64,000 bases of DNA from Candidatus Bathyarchaeota archaeon (GTDB taxonomy: Archaea > Thermoproteota > Bathyarchaeia > 40CM-2-53-6 > CAVXDP01). Positions 17,983-27,777 of this stretch are shown one piece after another (within the stretch, counting starts at the first letter, position 1; each line of letters starts with the position of its first letter). The stretch lies in the NCBI GenBank assembly GCA_963760485.1, contig CAVXDP010000002.1, positions 2,362-66,361 of the forward strand, in the 5' to 3' direction. The translations under genes and the position numbers were made by a program. The notes under the pieces are model-generated. The model had not been told where the DNA came from. It ran no database searches and saw only the letters and a program-made list of their open reading frames with translations.

Positions 17983-19347
17983 CTATCGGAGAATCGCTGC
18001 TGCGGCTTCTTCTGCTTTACTGTAGACTTCGTTCTCATCTAGAGAGGTAAATTTCCTGCCGACCATGATTGGCCTTCCTTCGACTATTGTAGAATCGACA
18101 TCACTGCCCTTGGTTGAATATACCATGTCCGAAACTACCGTGTCCTTTCCGTGGATCGGAGCTAGGTTTGGTGATCGCAAGTCGATTAGAACCATGTCGG
18201 CGAGCTTTCCTACTTCAATGCTTCCCACAGAATCGGCAATTCCTAGTACACGAGCCCCTTCAATGGTTGCAAGGTCCAAGACCTTTTGGGCTGGAAGAAC
18301 TGTTGGATCCCATCTGTTGGCCTTGTGAACGAGTGCACAGATCTTCATGGTGTCGAACATGTCTAGGGAGTTGTTGCTGGCAGCGCCGTCAGTTCCAAGG
18401 CCTACTGTGACATGACTTTCAAACATTTCAGGCAGGGGAGCAACTCCGCCCTCTGCGAGCTTCATGTTAGAAACAGGACAATGTGACACTTTTACACATC
18501 TCTTCCCAAGCACGTCGACTTCAGACCTAGTCAACCATACACAATGAGCAGATACTAGGTTCTCGCATAGAAATCCAATTTTATCGAGGTACTCCGCTTC
18601 ACGCATCTTATACTTTTTTTCGAACGTAACCTGCTCCAAGCGAGTCTCTGCCAGATGGGTGTGCAGCGGAGCCTTCTCCTTCGCGGCTAGTTCCTTCGCT
18701 TTGATGAGAGTTTCAGAAGAACAAGTGTAAGGCGAATGAGGAGCAACGGCAAATTTGATCTTTGGGTCGTTCAAGGCTTTGATTGCTTGAATTGTGTCAT
18801 ACGCCAAACCTTCAAGTCCCTTCGTATCATTGGATACGAATTGATCAATTATTGCGTGGGAAAGGAAAGCTCTAAGCCCCGCCTTCTGTACGGCCTTTGC
18901 AACGTCCTCTACGTAGAAGTACATGTCTAGGAAGCATGTGGTTCCAGTCCTAATCATTTCTAGGCATCCAAGTAGAGCTCCTGCGTTGCAGAGTTCTCCA
19001 GTCAGTTTTCTTTCGAGCGGCCATATCTTCGTTCCTAACCATTCTTGAAGTGGCATGTCATCGGCGTACCCTCTCAAAAGAGTCATTGAAAGATGTGTAT
19101 GCGTATTCACCAGCCCCGGAAGAACCACTTTTCTCCGTCCGTCCAGCACGTGCTCTGCCTCGCAGGTTATGTTGCCGCCTATCTCCACGATCCGCCCATC
19201 GTCAATGTATATGGATTGATTGCGCAGTATCTCTCTGGGGGCGTTCTGTGTCAGGATCCATTCACAATTGTCTATCCTAATGGACAAAATCATTCCACCG
19301 TAACTTCTGCGACAATCAATATTCGATTGTTCCCCGTATAATAGCAC
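17983..19347 (-). CDS. mtaD: amidohydrolase, 5-methylthioadenosine/S-adenosylhomocysteine deaminase-like
   Basis: LPGLVNTHTHLSMTLLRGYADDMPLQEWL, HLAETR and GLGTDGAASNNSLDM. The true start is probably the internal Met (MILSIRI..). Confidence 0.85.
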   Translation of the reverse strand: MLLYGEQSNIDCRRSYGGMILSIRIDNCEWILTQNAPREILRNQSIYIDDGRIVEIGGNITCEAEHVLDGRRKVVLPGLVNTHTHLSMTLLRGYADDMPLQEWLGTKIWPLERKLTGELCNAGALLGCLEMIRTGTTCFLDMYFYVEDVAKAVQKAGLRAFLSHAIIDQFVSNDTKGLEGLAYDTIQAIKALNDPKIKFAVAPHSPYTCSSETLIKAKELAAKEKAPLHTHLAETRLEQVTFEKKYKMREAEYLDKIGFLCENLVSAHCVWLTRSEVDVLGKRCVKVSHCPVSNMKLAEGGVAPLPEMFESHVTVGLGTDGAASNNSLDMFDTMKICALVHKANRWDPTVLPAQKVLDLATIEGARVLGIADSVGSIEVGKLADMVLIDLRSPNLAPIHGKDTVVSDMVYSTKGSDVDSTIVEGRPIMVGRKFTSLDENEVYSKAEEAAAAILR

Positions 19348-19360
19348 CGAGTTGAGTTAC

Positions 19361-19966
19361 CTATTCGATAGTTGCATGTCTGCTGAGCATGTCTTTCTCA
19401 GTCTTTCCTAGCTTACGCATCAATTCAACTATGATACTGTCAAAAAAGATGAGAGCCGAAACTTCAAATATGGTTCCAAGTGGCGCCAAGGGTTCATGGG
19501 CACCCGTGATCTGTCTTAGGAAATAATCCGTCTCGGCGGCAATCTTGGTTCTTCCTTTGACCAAGACAATGTGATCTGCGAGTTTCCCTAGGTCAGAATC
19601 TGGGTGAGACGTCACAGCAATGATTCTGGCTCCAACTTCCTTTGCTATCTCAGACGCGGTTACAACCAATTTTGTCGTACCTGATCCTGAGATCGCAACA
19701 ATGAGATCGCCCTTTCCTATTGCGGGAGTTATTGTTTCACCCATAACATAGACGTTAAAACCGAGGTGCATCATTCTCATGGCAAATGAACGGCCTACCA
19801 GTCCACTCCTACCGACACCTATGATGAGGAGACGCTTTTCTTTCGCCTCGATAATCCACCTCACCATCGTGTCAACCTCATCAGGCTGGATTTGCGATAG
19901 TGCTTCAGTAGCGAACCTCATTATCTCTTTCCAAGCATTGCCGAAAGTTACCAGAGCCAATTCCAC
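19361..19966 (-). CDS. hxlB: 6-phospho-3-hexuloisomerase (SIS domain)
   Basis: IIGVGRSGLVGRSFAMRMMHLGFNVYVMGETITPAI..VAISGSGTT and LAPLGTIFE. Confidence 0.8.
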   Translation of the reverse strand: MELALVTFGNAWKEIMRFATEALSQIQPDEVDTMVRWIIEAKEKRLLIIGVGRSGLVGRSFAMRMMHLGFNVYVMGETITPAIGKGDLIVAISGSGTTKLVVTASEIAKEVGARIIAVTSHPDSDLGKLADHIVLVKGRTKIAAETDYFLRQITGAHEPLAPLGTIFEVSALIFFDSIIVELMRKLGKTEKDMLSRHATIE

Positions 19967-20093
19967 GTGCCCCGCGCACCTAGATTCATCAGGACTGTTT
20001 TTCTAGTTTGCGGTCGTGGGCTGTCTCTTTATGCCAAGTAACGTTTTCCAGGCTTTCGCAGAGAATTTCGCTCTCCCTGTGTTTCAGACGAGT

Positions 20094-20918
20094 TTACCAG
20101 CTGATCCAAGACCATATGGGAGGCATTCGTATTGGAATGTCAAGAGTAGGCAATCGAACGTAGAGGTTAATATAGACAGCAACGGCAATAAATACAAACG
20201 TGACAAGTACAGTAAGATAATCTGGGGTTTTCATCTTCAAGGCTATGAGTGGTTCTCTTCTCTCGGTTGATCCGAACGCTCTGGATTCAAGCGCCTCGGC
20301 CAGTTCAACGCTGCGTCTTATCGCGTTCACGATCAAGGGTATTAGAACTGGAACATAATTTCTAACTCGTTTGAGTAGGTTTCCTTTGTCGAGTTCGAGA
20401 CCTCTAGATCTTTGTGCGTCAACAACGGTCTGAGCGTCGATTGCCATCGTTGGGACAAGTCTTACAGCAGTTGTGAACGTGAAACATAGGGTGTATGGGA
20501 TTTTCAGGCTCTCCAGAGCCAATCCCAAGTCGTCTGGAGAAGTAGTCATGAAGAATATTGAGAAAGATGAGATTAATGCAAGAAACCTTATCGTCATGGC
20601 AAGCGAAAAAGTGAATGTTGTACCCGTTATGAAGTTCATTGCGAATATTAGTATGGCTAGGAATGCCCCTCCTTTCATCGATTTCATCCATCGCCTCGTC
20701 GATTTGGCTAGAACCACGAGAGGCACCTGAATCAATAACACAGTTAGTAGTGCGTATATGTTGAAGAACATAAGCGCAACGACGAAGAGCCCGAGTGTTA
20801 GGATGAACTTTGCCCTTGGATCTAGGTTATGTAGAGGAGTGGAAAGTTTAGTGAACTTGAAGCCCTCGAACATCCTTATGCTCATTTTTTCACCTTCTTG
20901 AAAAGCTCTAGAATACAA
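20094..20918 (-). CDS. ecfT: ECF transporter transmembrane (T) component
   Basis: Polytopic membrane protein. CbiQ/EcfT-type signature ..ARRSRGLELD.. (here DAQRSRGLELD). Overlaps the ecfA stop. Confidence 0.85.
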   Translation of the reverse strand: MYSRAFQEGEKMSIRMFEGFKFTKLSTPLHNLDPRAKFILTLGLFVVALMFFNIYALLTVLLIQVPLVVLAKSTRRWMKSMKGGAFLAILIFAMNFITGTTFTFSLAMTIRFLALISSFSIFFMTTSPDDLGLALESLKIPYTLCFTFTTAVRLVPTMAIDAQTVVDAQRSRGLELDKGNLLKRVRNYVPVLIPLIVNAIRRSVELAEALESRAFGSTERREPLIALKMKTPDYLTVLVTFVFIAVAVYINLYVRLPTLDIPIRMPPIWSWISW

Positions 20919-21706
20919 GCCTTGGCTGTGTAGATGTCGATGACATCTTGGCTCAGCCCAAGGTCTTTAAGTGAGCTCATGAGGCTCGTTACTTGAGGGC
21001 GCATCAGGGAGCATTTTTCCAATAGGGCTTCATCAGCCAGGATCTTTCGCGCGGGACCATCAGCGACAAGGTTTCCTCTCGAAAGTAATATCACGCGGGG
21101 CTTACACTCTGCTACGAATTCTACATCATGAGTGACTATGACAACCGTCTTTCCTTGTGAGACAAGTTGCAGAATGAAGTTACGTAATCGATCCTTCTGT
21201 TGGTAGTCCTGACCTATTGTGGGTTCATCAAGAACCACATGCTTTGGGTTCCATACGAGAACTGAAGCCAATGCAACTCGCTTCCGTTCTCCTCCGCTCA
21301 AAGTGAATGGGGAAGAGTCCAGATACTGGGATAAGTCGAGTGTTTCGAGTATACTTCGGGTTCTTCGTTCAATCGTCTCCTGATCATATCCAAAGTTCTT
21401 CAGAGAGAATGCAACTTCTTCCTTGACAGTTTCGCAGAACAGTTGATGGTCGGGATTTTGGAAGACTAGGCCTACGTCCCTAGCGATAGATGCAACGCTT
21501 CGTTTTCTTGTGTCAGTATTGTCAACTAGGACTCGACCTTCTGCAGGTTTGTGTAGCCCATTGAAATGTTTGATTAGTGTTGTCTTCCCTCCACCGTTTT
21601 CACCCATTATTGCCACAAATTCTGAATCTCCAATCTCGAGGTTTATTCCTCTCAAAACTTCGTCTCCAGTGGAGTAAGCGAAGTGGAGATCCTCTGTCTT
21701 GATCAT
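20882..21706 (-). CDS. ecfA2: ECF transporter ATPase component
   Basis: Walker A GENGGGKTT, signature LSGGERKRVA, Walker B VVLDEPT. Confidence 0.9.
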   Translation of the reverse strand: MIKTEDLHFAYSTGDEVLRGINLEIGDSEFVAIMGENGGGKTTLIKHFNGLHKPAEGRVLVDNTDTRKRSVASIARDVGLVFQNPDHQLFCETVKEEVAFSLKNFGYDQETIERRTRSILETLDLSQYLDSSPFTLSGGERKRVALASVLVWNPKHVVLDEPTIGQDYQQKDRLRNFILQLVSQGKTVVIVTHDVEFVAECKPRVILLSRGNLVADGPARKILADEALLEKCSLMRPQVTSLMSSLKDLGLSQDVIDIYTAKACILELFKKVKK

Positions 21707-22581
21707 GGGCTGAGACTTCTCCTCAGGGTGGCTGAAGCTTCTTTTACAGTTACGGGAATCGTTGGAAATGGCATTCCATCTTTCTGTAGTAACTGGGCTA
21801 GAAGAGTTATGCGTGGGATTCCAACACCGATGAGGCGTGCCCTTTCATTGAATACATCTGAAGGTTTTCCATCAAGAATTACTTCGCCCCTGTCCATGAT
21901 TATGATTCGATCTGCATATTGTGACGCGAGGTCTAGCCGGTGCTCGACTAGCACTATGGTCATGCCTAATTCTCTGTTCAGGCTGTGAACGACTTTGAGT
22001 ATCTCAGCTGCAGATTTTGGATCTAGGAACGATGTTGGTTCATCGAGAACCATGACTTCGGGTTTCATCGCTAGGACGGCCGAGATGGCTGCTCGTTGTT
22101 GCTGGCCTCCTGAAAGTTCATAGGGAGCTCGGTAACGGAGATTCGATATGCCCGTCACCTCAAGCGCCCATTCAATTCTCTCCCGAGTTTCTGATCGAGA
22201 CAGACCCAGATTCTCAGGTCCGAAAGCAACATCCCTCTCTACACTGAGCGAGAAAAGCTGGTTCTCAGGATTCTGAAAGACGAAGCCGACCTTCTTCGCA
22301 AGTTCGCTTGTAGATTTTTCCCGTACGTTCAATCCACAGACTATGATGTCCCCACGGAGTTCACCTGAGTAAAAATGCGGGATCAGCCCATTCAAACATC
22401 GACAAACTGAAGTCTTGCCGCATCCACTTGGCCCCGTCAAAACAACAAACTGACCCTCGTCAATTGAAAAATTCAATTCAGATATTGACGGCTTAGCACT
22501 CCCAAGATATGTGAATGTGAGATCTCTTACGTCGACAGCCGCCAATCTAGGCTTCATCTCTAGAACTACGGAAACCTTCAC
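21703..22581 (-). CDS. ecfA1: ECF transporter ATPase component
   Basis: Walker A GPSGCGKTS, signature LSGGQQQRAA, Walker B MVLDEPT. Confidence 0.9.
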   Translation of the reverse strand: MKVSVVLEMKPRLAAVDVRDLTFTYLGSAKPSISELNFSIDEGQFVVLTGPSGCGKTSVCRCLNGLIPHFYSGELRGDIIVCGLNVREKSTSELAKKVGFVFQNPENQLFSLSVERDVAFGPENLGLSRSETRERIEWALEVTGISNLRYRAPYELSGGQQQRAAISAVLAMKPEVMVLDEPTSFLDPKSAAEILKVVHSLNRELGMTIVLVEHRLDLASQYADRIIIMDRGEVILDGKPSDVFNERARLIGVGIPRITLLAQLLQKDGMPFPTIPVTVKEASATLRRSLSP

Positions 22582-22727
22582 ATCTACAAGATCTATTTAA
22601 TCTGGTGGTTTTTGCTACTCTGGTTTTTATTTGTCCTTTAACTCCTGACTACATTTCTAAAGCGCATACTTGTTGGGAATTAGAATAATAGTATGACAGA
22701 TGATGTGACCAAGGAACCTCAGCAATC

Positions 22728-23631
22728 ATGATCATTGCGGCGAGTAAACGCTTCAACATGCTTCTAATGCGAGTCCTGATCTTTTTTGGGGAAGTTCATT
22801 TGTCGTTATGAGAATAGCGTTGAACGAAGGATTGACTCCTATCGCCACTGCTACATTAGATTTGTAGTCGCTGGATCGTTATTCACTGGTGTAGCTTCAA
22901 TCAGTAAGAGAAAGTTCGGTAGATATGCACTTGTAAGAAGAAGAGATCTACCGATGCTATTGCTTCTATCATTGACTGGCGTGACCTTCTTCTACATATT
23001 TCAGTACCAGAGTATTCAGATGGCAGGCGCGTCTATTGCCTCAATCCTTGTCTGTTTGCTTTCACCAGTTCTCATTTCTACTTTGTCTGCCATCATATTG
23101 AAGGAGCGCCTATCCAGAAGATAGGTTATCGGCATTGGAGCTGCCTCTATAGGCACTTTCATCGTTGTTACAGGGGGCGCCATGGATTTGGGAGGTAGCC
23201 CTCAATTCCTTTCCGGGACTCTGCTTTTCCTTCTCACATCCTTCCTCTGGGCCACCTACAGCATAGCTGGAAGGGGGATGATGAGAAAGTATCACCCGTT
23301 CCTCATTGTGACGTATGTAAAAGCCCTAGGCGCGTTGTGTCTAGTCCCATTCTCATTGATTGACGGGTCTTTTTTCCAAGTCTTCAAAATCACTTTCGAA
23401 GGATGGCTGGCAATCCTCTACTTGGCCGTGACCTGTTCACTGTTCGGATACTACATTTGGCTCTATGTGATGAGACGACTAGGAGCCACTGTTACCTGCT
23501 CATTCATGTTTGCCGAACCACTAATTACGGTGTTGCTTGCGATAGCTTTTCTGCGAGAAACATTGAGTCTTTTCACTATACTGGGTGGCCTTCTGATCTT
23601 TGTAGGCGTCTATGCAGTTGTCAAAAAATAG
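22728..23631 (+). pseudogene. EamA/DMT-family transporter with two apparent frameshifts and an in-frame TAG
   Basis: WGSSFVVMRIALNEGLTPIATATL is read in another frame between about 22785 and 22858. TAG at 23122-23124 sits where the family usually has Gln (ERLSRR*VIGIGAA). The second EamA repeat (23182..23631) is intact. Start is 22728 or 22758. Confidence 0.65.
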
Positions 23632-23938
23632 ATATTGGGTAACACCTTTTTGGGCCTGAGTTAGGAAAGGACGCGTTGCGCCCCAAAACTTTTTACTATG
23701 TTTCTTTCGCCAATGGCATTCCCGTAACATGAAACAGTATTACACTGGCCGGGCGGACAAGGTATTCCACAGATGGTAAACCGGCGCTTACTTGAGCTTG
23801 CCGTACTAATACGCGTACGCAGATTCTACTAGGTTTCCAATGAGGGCGTACGCGCCCAAATAAACACTACACTGGAGGTGTACTAAGTATTTTTTGCTCT
23901 GACGTGTCGAAACCTGAATTCCCTGTAAGACCACCTAG

Positions 23939-24941
23939 CTATGCATCTTTTAGCCGTTGTGAAAGTAGTTCGTAAAACTTGGCTGGAACCATGTCTAGTT
24001 CACCTGTTCCGTTCACTCCTGCCGCTGACTCGTGTCCACCTCCCATTCCGGCTACGGCTTCTCCCAGCGGCCTAGCCACGTCCCTTCCTAGATGAACGCC
24101 CGTCTCCTTGCTAAACTGTCTGTTTGATCTTAGACTGATTCTCAATTTTCCCTCTTTCTCTCCCGCTGCCATCGCGACATGCGAGCCCAGCCCTACTAAT
24201 GCTCTACTGCTGATGCTTGATGGGAACTGATCATTGTTGTTGCTATGATCCATTTTCCGATTTTTCTAACGTCAATTCGTTGAGCCGCCTTCAACCTCGC
24301 CATCCTCTCAGAATCACTCATCGGATAAGTGAGGGTGGATATCGCCTGCTGAAGATCTGCCCCCCGTCGCGTGAGCAAGGCAGCATTTTCAAACGTCTTC
24401 GATCTTGCAATTGTGAAATGTCCATTGTCGTAGGTCATTCCAACGAGAAGAGCCTGCGCGCATCTCTTATCAATTTTCACCTTCAACAGCTCGTAGAGTT
24501 GAATAAGAATCTCGCATGTCGATGTTGATTTGTCGTCGATCAGCATTAGAGATGCTATCTTAGATGTTTCGGGATGACGTGCGTGATGATCTATGACGAC
24601 GACAGGTTTCTTTGTATTCTCTACTCGATCTTTCCAGTCTCCAAGTTGTCGGGTCGTGTTCGTGTCAACTAGGAATATGAGATCACTATGCTCGAACCTT
24701 TCTTCATTGTCGAATTTGACGCCGATTCTTTCTACAAATATCTTTGAGATTCCACTCACGCCGTCCGGTGCAAGAAGATGTGATTCGATCCTGTGATTCA
24801 ACTTCTTCAATAGTCGCTGTAGGCCGTAAGCTGAACCTACGGCATCAGGGTCAGCGTTGTGATGACAGAGAATCGTTGCGTCTTTGGATGATCTAACTAG
24901 GCGCGCGAGAGTTTTGGCTTTCTGCAGAGTCCCAGCTCCAT
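23939..24941 (-). CDS. DHH/DHHA1-family phosphoesterase (NrnA/RecJ-like), two apparent frameshifts
   Basis: ILCHHNADPDAVGSA, VIDHHARH and GGGHESAAG. Shifts lie near 24931-24933 (G run) and 24234. Confidence 0.8.
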
Positions 24942-24951
24942 TACCTTATCT

Positions 24952-25215
24952 TCAGCGAGCTTTGAATGCAGCATCTGTCGCCTCTCGAACAAGTTCCTCC
25001 ATATCTTCGTCCCCGGCGGATAGATTTGCTGAAACGTCTACCTTCAATCTTAGAGGTTTGGAGCCCGAGGCCTCCACCAGAATGTTGAGATCTTCAAGCC
25101 TCTTTGCCGGTATCTTATTGAGTACGGCACTTCTCGCCGCATTCTCAGCGGCGTCGCAGATCTTCTCATTCTGCTCCGCGGTTGGAGCCTTCTTGAGCGA
25201 TATGCTCAAGTGCAT
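24952..25215 (-). CDS. small conserved archaeal protein (DUF3194-like)
   Basis: 87-aa ORF immediately downstream of pfdB in the same orientation. The family assignment is from memory of this synteny. Confidence 0.5.
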   Translation of the reverse strand: MHLSISLKKAPTAEQNEKICDAAENAARSAVLNKIPAKRLEDLNILVEASGSKPLRLKVDVSANLSAGDEDMEELVREATDAAFKAR

Positions 25216-25251
25216 TCACGTCTGTGAAATGATTGAAAGTGGATGAGCATG

Positions 25252-25611
25252 TTATTCAGCTGATGCAGGTTTCAGCCTTTCTTGGAGCTTCTGCTGTGTT
25301 TCTTTTGCCCTCTCGCGCATCCTTTCTTCCTGTTTACCGAGGACCGTTACTCTTGTGTTCAGCAGTTCCTTTTTTTCCCTCAATTCTGTCAACAACACCT
25401 GTCTGTCAGCCTTCAACATTAGGCTTCCAACGGACTTGTAGACAGGTACGGCGTCGGTTATTTTGTCCAGCTCCGTGATTGCTTTGTCGGTTTCTGCAAG
25501 CTCAATATCGAGCTGCTGTTTCTGTGTTACTATGGCTTGGAGTGTCTGCTGCATCTGTTGAAGTCTCGCTAGTTGCTCTTGAATCTGTGGTGGAAGCTCG
25601 CTTTCACTCAT
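25252..25611 (-). CDS. pfdB: prefoldin beta subunit
   Basis: Coiled-coil/beta-hairpin/coiled-coil layout: QLARLQQMQQTLQAI..PVYKSVGSLMLKADR..ELLNTRVTVLGKQEERM. Confidence 0.9.
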   Translation of the reverse strand: MSESELPPQIQEQLARLQQMQQTLQAIVTQKQQLDIELAETDKAITELDKITDAVPVYKSVGSLMLKADRQVLLTELREKKELLNTRVTVLGKQEERMRERAKETQQKLQERLKPASAE

Positions 25612-25703
25612 TCTTCATATCTCCAGAATAGATTTCAGATTATCGACTTGTGAATCGGTCGCCAGATTATATCCCCCTTCAGATAAATACTATTCGGAGG
25701 CCT

Positions 25704-25988
25704 TCATTTGGAGCGTGGCTTTGGAGATTCTCTTTCCAACTTTTTGAGCGACGCCGTGGTTTTCCAGAATCCGAGCATGTACCTCAGAATAGCATTCATC
25801 GAGGCTCTCAACGCCACAATGTCCTTTGCTTCGAAGGCCACCTGAATTGATCTTCCCTTTCTACTGATTTTGACACTTGATCTTTGAGTCGGAGGAAGCA
25901 TTGTTTCTGGCTTGAGAGCGTTGAACGCTGCACGTGTGCATCGGATGCTCTTGAAGTTCACGAGCACCTTAGCCAATGTACTCTTCAT
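25704..25988 (-). CDS. pcc1: KEOPS subunit Pcc1-like
   Basis: 94 aa. The pattern ..IQVAFEAKDIVALRASMNAILRYM.. is typical of the Pcc1/CTAG fold. Sits at the conserved superoperon position. Confidence 0.65.
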   Translation of the reverse strand: MKSTLAKVLVNFKSIRCTRAAFNALKPETMLPPTQRSSVKISRKGRSIQVAFEAKDIVALRASMNAILRYMLGFWKTTASLKKLERESPKPRSK

Positions 25989-26524
25989 TCTGCGGTATCC
26001 GCCGGTCCCCAGTCAATTCGACTGATATCGTATGAGGGCCCTACTGTTTCAGCTGAAGGGGAGATTACTGCAACCCTAATCGTATTCGATTCTTCTGACA
26101 TGTGAATTGAAGCATTGGTATTGCTGGACGATTCTGAACTTAGTCTCACTGCAAAGAGCTCGGCGTACCATCTGGCAAACTTGGCGGTATCAGAACGCAT
26201 GTTCACTGGCACCGTGACAATCATTGGTCTACAGGAGTGGCGAGTACCGTATTCTCGGCGTAGTTTCACCGCTTTCAGGTATAGAGTGAGTTCGAGCAGA
26301 GCAACAGGGTTAAGCTTTAAAAAATCTATCCTGCCGGGCCCTCCCATGAACCGTGAAATAATCGCTACGTGATCCGATTTTAGACTACGGGCCACTGCCA
26401 CCAAATCCACTAGGCCCATCTTGCCCCGAGTTAGTAACCTAGTGGTTGGATGCAAATTCGAAAGGTCTTTGGTAAAAGATCTTATCCTCTGAGTGGGTCT
26501 TCTACATGTGGTAAGGACAATCAC
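25985..26524 (-). CDS. Brix-domain ribosome biogenesis protein (Imp4-like)
   Basis: N-terminus IVLTTCRRPTQRIRSFTKDL and the conserved superoperon position. GTG start overlaps the upstream stop (GTGA). Confidence 0.8.
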   Translation of the reverse strand: MIVLTTCRRPTQRIRSFTKDLSNLHPTTRLLTRGKMGLVDLVAVARSLKSDHVAIISRFMGGPGRIDFLKLNPVALLELTLYLKAVKLRREYGTRHSCRPMIVTVPVNMRSDTAKFARWYAELFAVRLSSESSSNTNASIHMSEESNTIRVAVISPSAETVGPSYDISRIDWGPADTAE

Positions 26525-26793
26525 TTCGACTCTTCCTTGGAAGCCCCCTTCTTGGGCTTCTTTGGCCGTTTTGACTCAGTCTTATGCTTCTCTTTTCTTG
26601 CTCGTTTCACGGTGGGTTTCTCTGCAGCCATTGCTTTCTCTTTTCGGCGTTTCTTAGGGACGGCCTCCTCGACTTCTTCAGCTTCGATTTTCGTCTCTAC
26701 CACTGCAGGTTTGAAGCTCGCCTGTAACTCTCCTAGACGTATCACCCAGTTTCGTGAAGGGCGAATAAGCGCCACCAGCGAATTTGTATCCAC
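26521..26793 (-). CDS. lysine-rich ORF: separate small basic protein, or frameshifted tail of L37Ae
   Basis: ORF ends ..KKRRKEKAMAAEKPTVKRARKEKHKTESKRPKKPKKGASKEESK. Its stop overlaps the Brix GTG start (GTGA). It overlaps the L37Ae 3' end in another frame. Confidence 0.35.
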   Translation of the reverse strand: MDTNSLVALIRPSRNWVIRLGELQASFKPAVVETKIEAEEVEEAVPKKRRKEKAMAAEKPTVKRARKEKHKTESKRPKKPKKGASKEESK

Positions 26794-26962
26794 ATTTTCT
26801 ACATAACCATACTCCTACGCTCAGTCTTCTAACGGATTTGATTCTACATCTCGGACACTCATGCTTCTGCCGCATTCCTGTGACTATTTCCACGTAGCGT
26901 TTTCTGGCTACAGTTCCGTACCTGGCTCCGAAAGCTCCTCCAAGTCCAACTTTCTTTCCCAA
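26678..26962 (-). CDS. rpl37ae: 50S ribosomal protein L37Ae
   Basis: GAFGARYGTVARKR plus the zinc ribbon CPRCRIKSVRRLSVGVWLCRKCGYKFAGGAY. Confidence 0.9.
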   Translation of the reverse strand: MGKKVGLGGAFGARYGTVARKRYVEIVTGMRQKHECPRCRIKSVRRLSVGVWLCRKCGYKFAGGAYSPFTKLGDTSRRVTGELQTCSGRDENRS

Positions 26963-26964
26963 CT

Positions 26965-27777
26965 CTATGTTGCAGCCTCCATGACTCGTGTCCTCATCTC
27001 GCCTGCTTTGGCAACAGCCATGCCTACCGCCTTTTTGAGTTCATCTATAGATAGCTCACCGAGTCCGGCCATCTGCATGGCGCAGATGTTCCCATCCTTT
27101 TCTGTTGTGACCGTAAGTCTGGCAGTCATCACCTGTTCTTCCTTGAGGCTGGGATCAATTATCATGGAGTTTCCAATCTTTCCCATGGTTATGGCTATTG
27201 GATAGTTCTGGATTGGTAGCGGTATCAACCCTTCCTTGTAGACGACTTCGCCATCTTTGATTTCATAGTTCCTCATCTTGGCGTTTATGATCGCTGATAG
27301 AGCGCCTAGTGCTGAGGCGTCGATCAAGTTGCCGTCGTAATCCAGTACGTAAATATCTATGAATACTACGAATACTTTCTTTCCAGGCTCTATGCAGAGT
27401 CTCTTCACGTCTATAGCCTTTGATTCCCTTATGCCTCTGTCCACAACTCTAGCCAGCTCAATTGAGTTTTCACCAGGTGGGCCTGGCTCAAATGTTGGGT
27501 ACGCTAGAGGAAGTAGCTCTGCGCTAACCGTCAGGATACCTTCCTCAGGAGTGTCTGGGAATGGGTCGCCTAATTCTACTTTGACCCCAACCAAGACTTT
27601 TGTCTTTCCAAGGTGAACCTTGGCTGAACCATTTGCTTTGTCTATGACACCTACTTCGATCTTCAGTTCTCTGTAGTCCGTTAGCGTTCGATCATCTAGG
27701 CGTCGGTTGTTGGTCATCAGATCCATTATTGTTTTGGATTCTATTTTTGCAATTGATGGTTGTCGTGTTGATGACAT
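26965..27777 (-). CDS. rrp42: exosome complex subunit Rrp42
   Basis: RNase PH-like fold (DDRTLTDYRELKIEVGV..GSAKVHLGKTKVLVGV). Sits immediately after rrp41. Confidence 0.9.
   Translation of the reverse strand: MSSTRQPSIAKIESKTIMDLMTNNRRLDDRTLTDYRELKIEVGVIDKANGSAKVHLGKTKVLVGVKVELGDPFPDTPEEGILTVSAELLPLAYPTFEPGPPGENSIELARVVDRGIRESKAIDVKRLCIEPGKKVFVVFIDIYVLDYDGNLIDASALGALSAIINAKMRNYEIKDGEVVYKEGLIPLPIQNYPIAITMGKIGNSMIIDPSLKEEQVMTARLTVTTEKDGNICAMQMAGLGELSIDELKKAVGMAVAKAGEMRTRVMEAAT

Noticed and set aside
22699-22770. ATGATGT ... CTGA as a C/D-box sRNA upstream of the EamA gene.
   Set aside because: The C box is imperfect, there is no D'/C' pair at proper spacing, and the region overlaps the probable EamA N-terminal coding sequence.
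23122-23124. In-frame TAG as pyrrolysine recoding.
   Set aside because: No pyl genes occur in the window. The position aligns with a conserved Gln (CAG), and the same gene carries two frameshifts. A point error or mutation is far more likely.
23813-23853. Two copies of the palindrome GCGTACGC 25 nt apart in the 300-nt spacer after the EamA gene, considered as a possible sRNA or C/D-box RNA.
   Set aside because: No C (RUGAUGA) or D (CUGA) boxes occur in a suitable arrangement, and there is no tRNA-like fold. One 8-bp stem alone is insufficient evidence.
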